DNA from: Thermodesulfobacteriales bacterium
Lineage (GTDB): Bacteria; Desulfobacterota_D; UBA1144; Nemesobacterales; UBA2774
Assembly: GCA_004525335.1 (NCBI GenBank)
Contig: SPCL01000001.1
Span: forward strand, 1 to 32,840
DNA: 32,840 bases
Reading direction: 5' to 3'
Shown here: positions 9,038 through 18,446 of the stretch, in pieces
Position numbering within the stretch: the stretch's first letter is position 1
How the letters are laid out: each line of letters starts with the position of its first letter
Notes under the pieces: model-generated
What the model was told of the DNA's origin: nothing
The model's database searches: none
The model's input: the letters and a program-made list of their open reading frames with translations, nothing else
Translations under genes and position numbers: made by a program

Positions 9038-9676
9038 TTAGACCAGCATTGGTTTAACAATCGCTTTTGACTTAACTTCTTTTTTGTAGAGCTTTTCGTC
9101 ATTCTGCCAGGATTCAAATTTTAAGAAAATCTGATTTAAATTTTCTCTGACAGATGTCCAGAAGAAATCCCAATCATGGCTTTCCTTCCTGTTTTTGAAG
9201 AACATTTTTACAAACAAATCTCTTTCTAAGGGATAACCTTTCTCAGCAATCCATCCTGATCTTGCGCTTCCGTAACCGCTTCCAAATGACATCGCAAATG
9301 ATCCGATCAATCCTAGTCTTTCTCCGGCCTTAGTGGCAAGCTCCACAAAAACGTATAGTGATTCTATCGTACGGTAACCTTCTTTTGCTAGCTGCTTATC
9401 CATAGCTAGCAAATTCTGCACAAAGTACATAGGATAAAATGTTGGTGAGTATCCGGAGACAGATTTTGTCGGGCTCAAGAGTGGTTCACGGATTATGACG
9501 TCCTCTTCAATCACCCCTATCATAAAATCTTCTTTATCAAACTCACCTATATCACCCACAAGCTCTAATGAATATCTCACATGTTCCCATTCTCTTTGGG
9601 CTATGGCTATTGCATCATTAAGTTTTTTTTTGCCCTCATCAAATTCCCTGTCTCTTAAAAGTTCTTCTAATTCCAT
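9038..9676 (-). CDS. Hypothetical protein (no family recognised)
   Basis: Long open frame. Start moved from 9850 to ATG 9676 (MELEELLRD...), preceded by AGGGGCTAAA. The 58-codon upstream extension is Asn/Tyr/Phe/Lys-rich and would fill the divergent promoter region. No signal peptide, TM helix or motif I recognise. Confidence 0.6.
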   Translation of the reverse strand: MELEELLRDREFDEGKKKLNDAIAIAQREWEHVRYSLELVGDIGEFDKEDFMIGVIEEDVIIREPLLSPTKSVSGYSPTFYPMYFVQNLLAMDKQLAKEGYRTIESLYVFVELATKAGERLGLIGSFAMSFGSGYGSARSGWIAEKGYPLERDLFVKMFFKNRKESHDWDFFWTSVRENLNQIFLKFESWQNDEKLYKKEVKSKAIVKPMLV

Positions 9677-9878
9677 TTTAGCCCCTGCTTTGAAGTAGTT
9701 GTAAAAATATACATTGATAAAATTTGAACTCAATGCCTTAAGGATAATTAAATTATTCCAAGACCTTAATTTCTTAAAATATTGCTGATGCAAGTTGGGG
9801 AGCAGATAACAAGCCAAATTGTTTTTCTTTATCTTCCATTGTAATATCAATTCTTAATTCTATTTAGGAGGTTTTCTC

Positions 9879-10865
9879 ATGGCCACTTTAGTAACAGGGG
9901 CAACCGGATTTATAGGCTCTCATATTGCCAAAAAATTAGTAGACAGGGGTGAGCATGCAAAAATCCTTCTAAGAAAATCCAGCCAAACTACAAATATCGA
10001 TGACATCGATGTCGAAAGAGTATATGGAGATGTAATGGACATGGATTCCATAAATGAAGCTTTGACAGGCTGCGATACTTTGTATCACACAGCTGGGGTA
10101 GCTTCATTTAGAAAAGAAGATTATCAGAAGATGGAAGAAATAAATGTAAAAGGGACCTCAAGTATACTAAACGCAGCGCTTGAAGCGGGTATTAAAAAAG
10201 TAGTTCACACTAGCAGCATTGCCGCAATTGGCGTTGCCGCTAACGGTGGTATTGCAGATGAAGAAACTGAGTACAATCTTGATTATTTAGGGGTTAAATA
10301 TCTGGATACAAAGCACAGAGGAGAGCAAATCGCTCTTGATTTTGCAAAACGAGGCTTGCCCCTTGTTGTAGTAAATCCCTCAACTGTAATCGGCACCGGT
10401 GACATCTATTTATCCAGCACAGCATTTATTCTTTGGTTTTACAAAAAGAAGTTTCCGGGCTACATGGACGGCACACTAAATATGGTTGATGTTGAGGATG
10501 TGGCTGAGGGACATATTCTCGCTGCTGAAAAAGGCAGGATTGGCGAAAGGTACATTTTGGGAAATGAGAATTTCACATTGCTTGAGCTTTTCAATTTATT
10601 AGAAGAGGTTACGGGAGTAGCAAAACCTAAGATGAAAATACCTTATTTTATGGCTTTAGCCTCTGGATATATAGTTGAGAGAGTTCTTGGCATGAGTTTT
10701 CCTAATTACTCGACCATGGACTTGGACTCTGTAAAATTGTCAAAGTTAAGATGGCATTTTGATAGCTCAAAGGCTATTAATGAACTAGGCTATCAGCCCT
10801 CAGATATTAGAGAAAGTGTTAAGAACACTTTGAGCTGGTTTAAGGAATACGGTTATTTAGATTAG
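9879..10865 (+). CDS. NAD(P)-dependent epimerase/dehydratase-family (extended SDR) protein, HpnA / dihydroflavonol-reductase-like
   Basis: 328 aa. N-terminal TGATGFIGSHI Rossmann motif and a YxxxK-type region (YLDTKHRGE). Strong SD (TAGGAGG) upstream of the ATG. Confidence 0.85.
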   Translation: MATLVTGATGFIGSHIAKKLVDRGEHAKILLRKSSQTTNIDDIDVERVYGDVMDMDSINEALTGCDTLYHTAGVASFRKEDYQKMEEINVKGTSSILNAALEAGIKKVVHTSSIAAIGVAANGGIADEETEYNLDYLGVKYLDTKHRGEQIALDFAKRGLPLVVVNPSTVIGTGDIYLSSTAFILWFYKKKFPGYMDGTLNMVDVEDVAEGHILAAEKGRIGERYILGNENFTLLELFNLLEEVTGVAKPKMKIPYFMALASGYIVERVLGMSFPNYSTMDLDSVKLSKLRWHFDSSKAINELGYQPSDIRESVKNTLSWFKEYGYLD

Positions 10866-10906
10866 CTGAAATTTGCAACGTATTTCATTTCATATAAAAT
10901 CATCCT

Positions 10907-11977
10907 ATGTCTGGTAACTCATTTGGAACAATTTTCCGCATTACAACCTGGGGAGAGTCTCATGGGCCCGCTGTTGGGGTTGTGTTAGACGGCTGTCCCG
11001 CGGGGCTTGAAATTAGTCCTGAAGAAATTCAATTTGAGCTCGACCGTCGCCGTCCGGGACAAAGTAAAATCACAACTCAGCGAAAAGAGCCCGATACAGT
11101 TGAAATTCTTTCTGGCGTTTTTGAAGGAAAAACTCTCGGCACACCTATTTCTCTAATGGTCAGAAACACGGATGCCATATCAAAATCATATGAGGATATA
11201 AAAGACACGTACCGCCCGGGACATGCTGATTTCACTTACGATGAAAAGTATGGGTTCAGAGACCACAGGGGCGGAGGGAGATCTTCAAACAGAGAAACTG
11301 TGGGACGTGTGGCGGCTGCGGCAATAGCTAAAAAAATTCTAAATTTAAACGGCATTCATACTTATGGATATGTAAAACAGGTTGGCGATATAGTTGCCGA
11401 GAATATTGATTTTAATGAGATAGAGAAAAACATAGTCCGGTGTCCGGATGCAAAGACGGCTGAACAAATGATAGAGCTCATTGATACCGTACGGAAGCAA
11501 GGCGATTCAATAGGAGGTGTAGTGGAGGTTGTCTCAACTGGGCTTCCGACAGGTTTAGGAACTCCTGTTTTTCATAAGGTAGACGCTGAGCTTGCGCAAG
11601 GACTTATGAGTCTTGGTGGAATTAGGGGATTTGAGGTTGGACTTGGATTTGAAGCTGCCAGGATGAAAGGATCACAGGCTAACGACTTAATGATAAAAAA
11701 AGATTCCGGAGAGCTTGGTTTTAAAACCAATAACGCCGGAGGACTCCTTGGCGGAATGACAAACGGCGAAGATTTGGTTGTGAGAATTGCAATAAAGCCA
11801 ACCTCGTCAATTTCAAAAACACAAAATACGGTTGATAAATCGGGAAACCCCAAAGAGCTTAAAGTAAAAGGACGTCACGATCCATGTCTTTGCCCAAGGG
11901 CTGTTCCTATAGCTGAGGCGATGGTAAATCTAGTATTGGTGGATCAGCTTTTGTTATCTAGAACTACTCGTATTTAA
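10907..11977 (+). CDS. aroC: Chorismate synthase
   Basis: 356 aa. Shows [27 protein letters not shown] and GRHDPC motifs. Confidence 0.97.
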   Translation: MSGNSFGTIFRITTWGESHGPAVGVVLDGCPAGLEISPEEIQFELDRRRPGQSKITTQRKEPDTVEILSGVFEGKTLGTPISLMVRNTDAISKSYEDIKDTYRPGHADFTYDEKYGFRDHRGGGRSSNRETVGRVAAAAIAKKILNLNGIHTYGYVKQVGDIVAENIDFNEIEKNIVRCPDAKTAEQMIELIDTVRKQGDSIGGVVEVVSTGLPTGLGTPVFHKVDAELAQGLMSLGGIRGFEVGLGFEAARMKGSQANDLMIKKDSGELGFKTNNAGGLLGGMTNGEDLVVRIAIKPTSSISKTQNTVDKSGNPKELKVKGRHDPCLCPRAVPIAEAMVNLVLVDQLLLSRTTRI

Positions 11978-11995
11978 CCTTAATCGGTATTTCAA

Positions 11996-12352
11996 ATGGA
12001 ACAAAAAACCAATTTTTCTTGTAAGATTTTTGTAGACGATGACGAAATTTACTCAGGTGATCTTAGCGAAATTCCGGAGAAGTTTAGAAACCGTATTATC
12101 TGGGATATCTCAGAATGGGCTGATTCTCTTGGCAAAAGAGGGGTCAATGAACTGCTTTATTCTCATTTAACCTGGTATGACAAAAAGGGGCTATTTTGCG
12201 AAAGCTGCTCGACGATGGTTGAAGATTCAAACGAGCCTCAATGCAACAATTGCGGCACAGAAGTTAAAGAAAGATATCTTCATGAAAGGGATTCTAATAT
12301 AGATAGAATTATGACCTGCATCGGAATGATTTCAAAGATTCAGGTTCTATAA
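11996..12352 (+). CDS. Hypothetical small protein with a 4-Cys zinc-ribbon-like motif
   Basis: 118 aa. CESC...(11 aa)...CNNC arrangement. No family recognised. Lies 18 nt after aroC. Confidence 0.55.
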   Translation: MEQKTNFSCKIFVDDDEIYSGDLSEIPEKFRNRIIWDISEWADSLGKRGVNELLYSHLTWYDKKGLFCESCSTMVEDSNEPQCNNCGTEVKERYLHERDSNIDRIMTCIGMISKIQVL

Positions 12353-12382
12353 TAATCAAAGCAATAAAAACAGAGGACTAAA

Positions 12383-12673
12383 ATGAAACTAAATGTAAAC
12401 GGGCAGATTTTTCCTAAAGCCTGGGAATTAGCAGATAAGGTAACAAAGCTCAGAGAAGAGAGAAAATCGGTCAACCTTGGGGCAGGTACTGTCGGATTCT
12501 CTGTATATGAAGTTGAGCTTTCCGATGAGACCAGAAAAGAGGGAATGTATTATGTTACACCGCAAGGTGTTAAGTTGTATTATTACCCGGGAGATCAGTA
12601 TCAGATCGGTTATTTGATATCAGAGATTGACCGTGATCCGCTTGTAAAAAAGCATTTTGGTAAACTAAATTAA
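12383..12673 (+). CDS. Hypothetical small protein
   Basis: 96 aa, with SD-like AGAGGA 8 nt upstream of the ATG. No family recognised. Co-directional with the preceding small ORF, 30-nt gap. Confidence 0.55.
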   Translation: MKLNVNGQIFPKAWELADKVTKLREERKSVNLGAGTVGFSVYEVELSDETRKEGMYYVTPQGVKLYYYPGDQYQIGYLISEIDRDPLVKKHFGKLN

Positions 12674-12736
12674 TCCGTTCAAATTTAATTCTTAGTTTTC
12701 TTTGCCTAGTGCTTTCAGCAGGTATATTTTATTTAG

Positions 12737-13657
12737 ATGGAACACCAAAACCATAGCCGCAATTTAAAAAACGTAAGGGAAAAAAGAGCGCTTGGCATAG
12801 TTCTCGTACTTACTTTTATCTTTATGATAGTGGAAGCTGGTGCGGGGTTCTACACCGGTAGTCTTGCGCTGTTGTCGGATGCCGGGCATATGCTGGCAGA
12901 TGTATTCGCCATATCGCTCGCCTTCTTTGCAATCTGGTTCACAGAAAAACCCTCAACATCAACTAAAACATTTGGATTCTACAGAGCAGAGATACTGGCT
13001 GCATTTTTTAACAGCCTTTTATTATTTGCAATCTCGGCAGGAATATTAATCGAAGCTTACAAAAGATTAATGACCCCGCATGAAGTTAAAAGCGTTGAAA
13101 TGACGATAGTTGCAGTTGTGGGACTACTTATCAACCTTGCAAGCGCTTATGTTCTTTTTAAATATCAAAGCGGTAATCTAAATATCAAGGGCGCTTTGTA
13201 CCACGTTTTGAGCGATGCTCTTGGATCAGTTGGGGCTATAGTTGCAGGAATCATAATGATCACGACCAAGTGGTACTATGCGGATTCGCTCATTAGTATC
13301 CTGGTGTCGATTCTGATTATTCGCGGCGCTTGGGTGCTGTTTAAAGAATCAAGCCATATACTTCTTGAGGGGACACCTAAAGGGATAGATCTTGACTTAG
13401 TACAAACCTGTATCTGCTCAAAAGATAATGTGATTAGCGTTCATGATCTTCATGCGTGGACATTAACTCAAGGATTTGAAGCGCTTAGCGCTCATGTCGT
13501 AGTACAGAATATGGAAAATAGTGAAGAGATATTAAGTGGACTCAAACAAGAACTGTCAGAGAAGTTCAAAATCAGTCATGTGACCTTACAGCTTGAAATC
13601 GAAGAATGCGATGAAGCCAACGGCCCCTGCTATGATAACGGAATATCCGAAAATTAA
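12737..13657 (+). CDS. Cation diffusion facilitator (CDF) divalent-metal efflux transporter, CzcD/ZitB-like
   Basis: 306 aa with six predicted TM helices. TM2 shows LLSDAGHMLADV, TM5 shows HVLSDALGSVGAI, and the C-terminal cytoplasmic domain has HDLHAW. Confidence 0.92.
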   Translation: MEHQNHSRNLKNVREKRALGIVLVLTFIFMIVEAGAGFYTGSLALLSDAGHMLADVFAISLAFFAIWFTEKPSTSTKTFGFYRAEILAAFFNSLLLFAISAGILIEAYKRLMTPHEVKSVEMTIVAVVGLLINLASAYVLFKYQSGNLNIKGALYHVLSDALGSVGAIVAGIIMITTKWYYADSLISILVSILIIRGAWVLFKESSHILLEGTPKGIDLDLVQTCICSKDNVISVHDLHAWTLTQGFEALSAHVVVQNMENSEEILSGLKQELSEKFKISHVTLQLEIEECDEANGPCYDNGISEN

Positions 13658-14901
13658 TCTTGAGTATTATCAGTATTATCTCTTATAAGCTTCTCAGCAT
13701 ATGATTTCATCTCATCCGCCATGCTTTTTAATTCAGGCTTTGTCTCAATATATTTATCTAGTGCTTCCATAAGCCCCATAGTCTTTGAAAGCCCAGCTTG
13801 TCTCATAACCTTTTCGTGCTTATCAAATACCTTCTCAATCTTAAGACTTTGAGCACTTTCAAAGATTGATTTAATTCTCTTCTCATCGACCTTGTCGCTG
13901 GGACCTGAGACTTTGTATCTGACCCTAACCACTGCATCAGAATAATCATCTTTACTAAAGCGCTTTTCTAAATCCTCTTCTGTCTCCAAATCACTTTGAT
14001 CAAGCTCTACAGTAATAAATTTTCGGGATGGAGTTTCAATAAATTTATATTCACATTTCCAGCCATCTTCAGACTCGAAAATTTCGCCTAGAACAAACCC
14101 CTTGCCCTCTTTCTCTTCTGTGAAATCAATCCTCTCTATGCTCCCTGAATATATAATTGGCGGGGCGTCGTCTTTATTTAAATTTTGAAACCTATGAATA
14201 TGCCCAAGAGCTACATATTGAAATGCTTTATTGTTTAGCTCGCTCACCGGAACAATCGGGTCGGTAGTTGTAAGGGTATCTCGTTCGGTGCCTGAGAGCT
14301 TAGCGTCTCTTGCAGCCAGGTGGGCGAGAAGTATGGCAGGGTCTGATTTATTCGTTTTTAAGGACAAATCGCGAATAATAGCAATTAATCTCTTTTCAAT
14401 TTCTATCTGAATTTCTTGAGAGCTTAGCGACTTATATTCATCCTTTGTAAGCAGACCGCTTCGACCCGCCCACGGCAAACACGCAATTTGGATCGGGCCA
14501 TTTTCAGTGTTCAAGTTAATTAATTTGGGTTTTCTTACTATAGTCACTCGGTTAATATCGAGTGCAGGGAAAATCTCAACAGCAGAAGCCCTGCCGCCGG
14601 CCGAAGGATAGTCATGATTGCCTAGTACCATTACAACTCTGGCATTAGACCCCTGAACTAACTTTAGGACTCTTTTGGAGAACTCTATTTCTTCTGTTGG
14701 TTGCGGGTTTTCTCTGTGGAAGATGTCGCCGGCTATAAGTACAAGATCGACCGACTCTTTTTGAGCATACTCAAATACAAAGTCGAGAGATTTAAGGATA
14801 TCCTCTAACCTTGTATTTTTACCTGTAGCAGCGTTTATCTTTCCGTGCGTCTGTAGGCCGATATGAATATCGGAAAGGTGGATAAATTTTATCTTCCTCA
14901 C
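13654..14901 (-). CDS. sbcD: SbcD/Mre11-family nuclease (calcineurin-like metallophosphoesterase)
   Basis: 415 aa. Phosphoesterase motifs in canonical order: HLSDIHIG, AGDIFH, GNHD, LAH, LGHIH. No sbcC-like ATPase gene is adjacent. Confidence 0.88.
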   Translation of the reverse strand: MRKIKFIHLSDIHIGLQTHGKINAATGKNTRLEDILKSLDFVFEYAQKESVDLVLIAGDIFHRENPQPTEEIEFSKRVLKLVQGSNARVVMVLGNHDYPSAGGRASAVEIFPALDINRVTIVRKPKLINLNTENGPIQIACLPWAGRSGLLTKDEYKSLSSQEIQIEIEKRLIAIIRDLSLKTNKSDPAILLAHLAARDAKLSGTERDTLTTTDPIVPVSELNNKAFQYVALGHIHRFQNLNKDDAPPIIYSGSIERIDFTEEKEGKGFVLGEIFESEDGWKCEYKFIETPSRKFITVELDQSDLETEEDLEKRFSKDDYSDAVVRVRYKVSGPSDKVDEKRIKSIFESAQSLKIEKVFDKHEKVMRQAGLSKTMGLMEALDKYIETKPELKSMADEMKSYAEKLIRDNTDNTQD

Positions 14902-14947
14902 ATAGAGCCAGTCTTTTGCTTAGTATATTGCCTTTAAAAGGCTACAC

Positions 14948-16090
14948 TTATAATTTTGTGCCGAGTATTTCAGATGCTTTTTTAGTAGCTGCGCCAAAAT
15001 TAAACTCATAACCAAGCTGATTAAGGACGCTCTCAATCGCAGCAATGATCGACAAAGTATCTGTTTTACCAATATCACCGATATGAGAGATTCTGAAGAT
15101 CTTACCTTTAGCCTGATCCTGACCACCAGCCACAGTTATTCCGAACTCGTCGCGTAGACCTGCTATAACTTTGCCGGCTCCAATTTCAGGCGGCGCTGTT
15201 ACAATAGTAAGCGCTGAGCTAGGAGTATCCAGCACGAAAGGCTCAAGACCTATAGCGGCCATCGCTTCCCTGGTAGCAAGAGCAAGCCTTGAGTGGCGCT
15301 TGTGCATATTTTCGCGACCCTCTTCTTTGAACCTTTTTAGAACTGCAGCAAGGCCAATTATAAGAGTCACGGCTGGAGTAAATGTTGTAGTATTTTTTTC
15401 AGCGTTTTTCAGTGCCGGTTTAAAGTCAAAGTAAAATTTTGGAAGATCGGAAGTTTCATAAAACTTCCAGGCTTTCTCGCTCATAGCGGCAAATGAAAGC
15501 CCAGGAGGAAGCATAAACGCTTTTTGAGAACCACCAACCAAAACATCGACCCCCCATTCGTCAAAAGCTATCTCAAAAACTCCTACTCCTGTTATTCCAT
15601 CAACTATGTGAATGACGTCGTCTCTTTTGCTTGTAATTTCTGATATTTCTTTAATCGGATGTTTTACACCGGTTGAGGTTTCACTGGCTTGTGTTAGTAC
15701 TGCTTTAATAGAAGGATCGTCGTTTAGAGCTTTTTCAATAACTGAGGGATCAATTTCTCTTCCCCACTCAACCATAATCTCGTTAACCTCTAGATCGTAG
15801 GCACGGCAGATTTTGCCCCATCTCTCGCCAAACTTTCCGCTGTTCACGACTAAAACTTTGTCGCCTCTGCAAAGAGTATTTACAACTGAGGCTTCCATAG
15901 CTCCAGTACCTGATGCGGCTAAGATAAGAACTTCCTGTTTAGTGTTGTATATATATTTAAGTCCTTCTCTAACTTCTGCAAAAATTTCTTCAAACTCTGC
16001 TGTTCTATGATGGATAATAGGCTTAGCCATCTCAATTAATACTTCGCTTGGGACAGGTACGGGACCAGGTGTAAATAGATACTGTTTCAC
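14948..16090 (-). CDS. Class V PLP aminotransferase, serine-pyruvate / alanine(serine)-glyoxylate aminotransferase-like
   Basis: 380 aa. Starts LFTPGPVPVP and has the PLP-lysine context GGSQKAFMLPPG, the class V fold-type I pattern. Confidence 0.85.
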   Translation of the reverse strand: MKQYLFTPGPVPVPSEVLIEMAKPIIHHRTAEFEEIFAEVREGLKYIYNTKQEVLILAASGTGAMEASVVNTLCRGDKVLVVNSGKFGERWGKICRAYDLEVNEIMVEWGREIDPSVIEKALNDDPSIKAVLTQASETSTGVKHPIKEISEITSKRDDVIHIVDGITGVGVFEIAFDEWGVDVLVGGSQKAFMLPPGLSFAAMSEKAWKFYETSDLPKFYFDFKPALKNAEKNTTTFTPAVTLIIGLAAVLKRFKEEGRENMHKRHSRLALATREAMAAIGLEPFVLDTPSSALTIVTAPPEIGAGKVIAGLRDEFGITVAGGQDQAKGKIFRISHIGDIGKTDTLSIIAAIESVLNQLGYEFNFGAATKKASEILGTKL

Positions 16091-16353
16091 TTTAGATTCT
16101 CCTTCATTCTATTAACGTTTTATAATTTTACAATTCCGACTTACAACTACAAATCTTCATATGTACAAATAACTATAGGATAAAGATAGTTGAATCTAAG
16201 TAGTTTAAGTTAATTTGCACTCTTTTAATCAATGAAAATTTGCGACAAGAAAGTCTATATGAATCTACCCAAAACTCTGTATAATTCAACCCGGTTTGCT
16301 TTTGCAAATCAAAAATTTATATTATTTGATTATTTGCAGGAGGTAAGGAATCT

Positions 16354-17452
16354 ATGATAGGCGATAACAAAGAACAAATCCAAGATATAAAGAAAAGATT
16401 AGTAATAATTGGAGACTATCTTTGACCTGCCTGGCAAAGAATCCAGATTAAGCGAGTTAGAAGAAATCACTGGTAAACCCGAATTTTGGGATAACGCAGA
16501 CCTAGCCCAAGAAACACTTAGAGAACAATCGCTAATTAAACAGACTGTTGAGCAGTGGCAGAGCTTAACTTCTGAGCTAGAAGATGTTGAAGTCTTAGAA
16601 GAGCTTTCACTAGAAGAAGGCGATGAGGATGCTTTGGCAGAGGCTAAGGCAAAATTGTCGGAGATCGAGGTAAAGGTAGAGAATCTTGAATTTAAGAGGA
16701 TTCTTGGGGAGCCTGAGGACGCAAGTAACGCAATTGTTTCTATTAATGCGGGAGCGGGCGGAACAGAGGCTCAAGACTGGGCAGATATGCTACTGCGGAT
16801 GTATCTAAGATACGCCGAAAGAAGCGGCTTCAAATCAGAAATAGTAGAATATCAGGAAGGGGACGAAGCCGGGCTTAAAAGCGCGACCTTTCTTGTTAAG
16901 GGAGATTATGCGTTTGGCTATTTAAAGGCTGAGAGCGGCGTACACCGTTTAGTTAGAATCTCCCCCTTTGATTCAAACAAAAGAAGACATACTTCCTTTG
17001 CCTCAGTTTTCATTTCCCCTGAGATTGACGATAGCATTGAAGTCGATATCGACGAAAAAGACTTGAGGATTGACACTTACCGGGCAAGCGGAGCAGGCGG
17101 GCAGCATGTGAATAAAACTGATTCCGCCATCCGAATTACTCACGGCCCTTCAGGAATAGTTGTAAGCTGCCAAAATGAACGCTCCCAACGTCAAAATAAA
17201 GAAACAGCGATGAAGATTCTTCGCGCGAGACTTTATGAACGAGAAAGAGAAAAGCAGAGGGAAAAAATTGATGAGCTTAACTCAACCAAAAAAGAAATAG
17301 GATGGGGTAGTCAAATCCGCTCTTACGTACTTCATCCATATAGAATGATAAAAGACCACAGAACTAATTTTGAAACCGGAAACGTAGACCCCGTGTTAGA
17401 CGGTGATCTGAGTGAGTTTATCAAGAGTTACTTGATTTACGCCTCAAGTTAA
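16354..17452 (+). CDS. prfB: Peptide chain release factor 2, expressed through a programmed +1 frameshift (join 16354..16422, 16424..17452)
   Basis: Frame-0 ORF MIGDNKEQIQDIKKRLVIIGDYL ends at the in-frame TGA at 16423-16425 within CTT TGA C. The +1 frame continues DLPGKESRLSELEE... and carries the RF2 SPF and GGQ motifs (RISPFDS, SGAGGQHVNKT). Confidence 0.95.
16411..16426 (+). promoter_or_regulatory. prfB: prfB autoregulatory +1 frameshift site (internal SD-like GGAG + CTT TGA C)
   Basis: The sequence GGAGAC TAT CTT TGA C matches the conserved RF2 recoding cassette, an SD-like element a few nt upstream of the CUU-UGA-C slippery/stop context. Confidence 0.9.
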
Positions 17453-17579
17453 AACAAAAGCCGGAGGAATATCAAGAATAGATGGAATTCTTTGATTCTT
17501 TAAGCACGGTGGTATATTTATCATTCCATCGAGCCAAATCTAAAGGTTAAGTGTTCGAGCATTTAGGAGGACAAAAATC

Positions 17580-18446
17580 TTGAAAATCGGCATTATAGCT
17601 AAACCTAATATATTAGAGCCCCTAGAAATCACGAAAGATCTTTCAGCATGGCTTAACGAAAGGGATATTGAGGTCTTTGTTGAAAAGGATTTAGGTGATC
17701 AAATCGGTCATTCTAACTCGGTAGACCGGGCAGATATACCCGAGCTTGTTGATATTATCCTGGTTTTCGGTGGAGACGGCACATTTTTAGGGATGGCTAG
17801 GCTTACATGCAAACACGGCACCCCTATTTTAGGAATCAACCTTGGCGGACTAGGGTTTCTAACCGAAGTAACAGTGGATGAGCTCTACCCTATGATGGAA
17901 AGAATTATAGATGGAAATTACGAAGTTGAAGAAAGACAGATGCTGCTCACAACAATCCACCGTGAGAAAAACACCATAGGAACCTATGAAGTACTAAACG
18001 ATGTAGTTATAAATAAGGGCGCTGTAGCTAGAATTATTGATCTGGGAATTTATATAGAGAACTCACATGTTACAACCTATAGAGCAGACGGTATTATACT
18101 TTCGACTCCTACAGGTTCAACCGCTTATTCCCTGTCTGCAGGCGGCCCGATTGTTCATCCAAGAATCCCGGTAACTATTATTACGCCAATTTGTCCCCAT
18201 ACTCTTACAAACAGACCGCTTGTAGTTTCAAGCGATATGAAGGTCGAAATAAAAGTTACAACTCATGAGCCGGATACTTACCTTACACTGGATGGACAAA
18301 TTGGAATAAGACTGAATACAGGGGACATAATTGAAGTAAAAAGAGCTGATAGTACTGTGAAACTTATTAAATCTCCTTACCGAGACTTCTTTGCCATTCT
18401 CAAAGCAAAACTTATGTGGGGGGAAAGGTATGGCAAGATCGACTGA
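17580..18446 (+). CDS. nadK: NAD kinase
   Basis: 288 aa. TTG start 9 nt after AGGAGG. Motifs GGDGTFL, NDVVI and RADGIILSTPTGSTAYSLSAGGPIV. Confidence 0.95.
   Translation: MKIGIIAKPNILEPLEITKDLSAWLNERDIEVFVEKDLGDQIGHSNSVDRADIPELVDIILVFGGDGTFLGMARLTCKHGTPILGINLGGLGFLTEVTVDELYPMMERIIDGNYEVEERQMLLTTIHREKNTIGTYEVLNDVVINKGAVARIIDLGIYIENSHVTTYRADGIILSTPTGSTAYSLSAGGPIVHPRIPVTIITPICPHTLTNRPLVVSSDMKVEIKVTTHEPDTYLTLDGQIGIRLNTGDIIEVKRADSTVKLIKSPYRDFFAILKAKLMWGERYGKID

Noticed and set aside
9677-9850. 58-codon N-terminal extension of the hypothetical ORF (track start 9850)
   Set aside because: The extension is AT-rich junk-like sequence (NNLIILKALSSNFINVYFYNYF). It would leave only 28 nt for two divergent promoters. 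An internal ATG at 9676 has a better upstream context.
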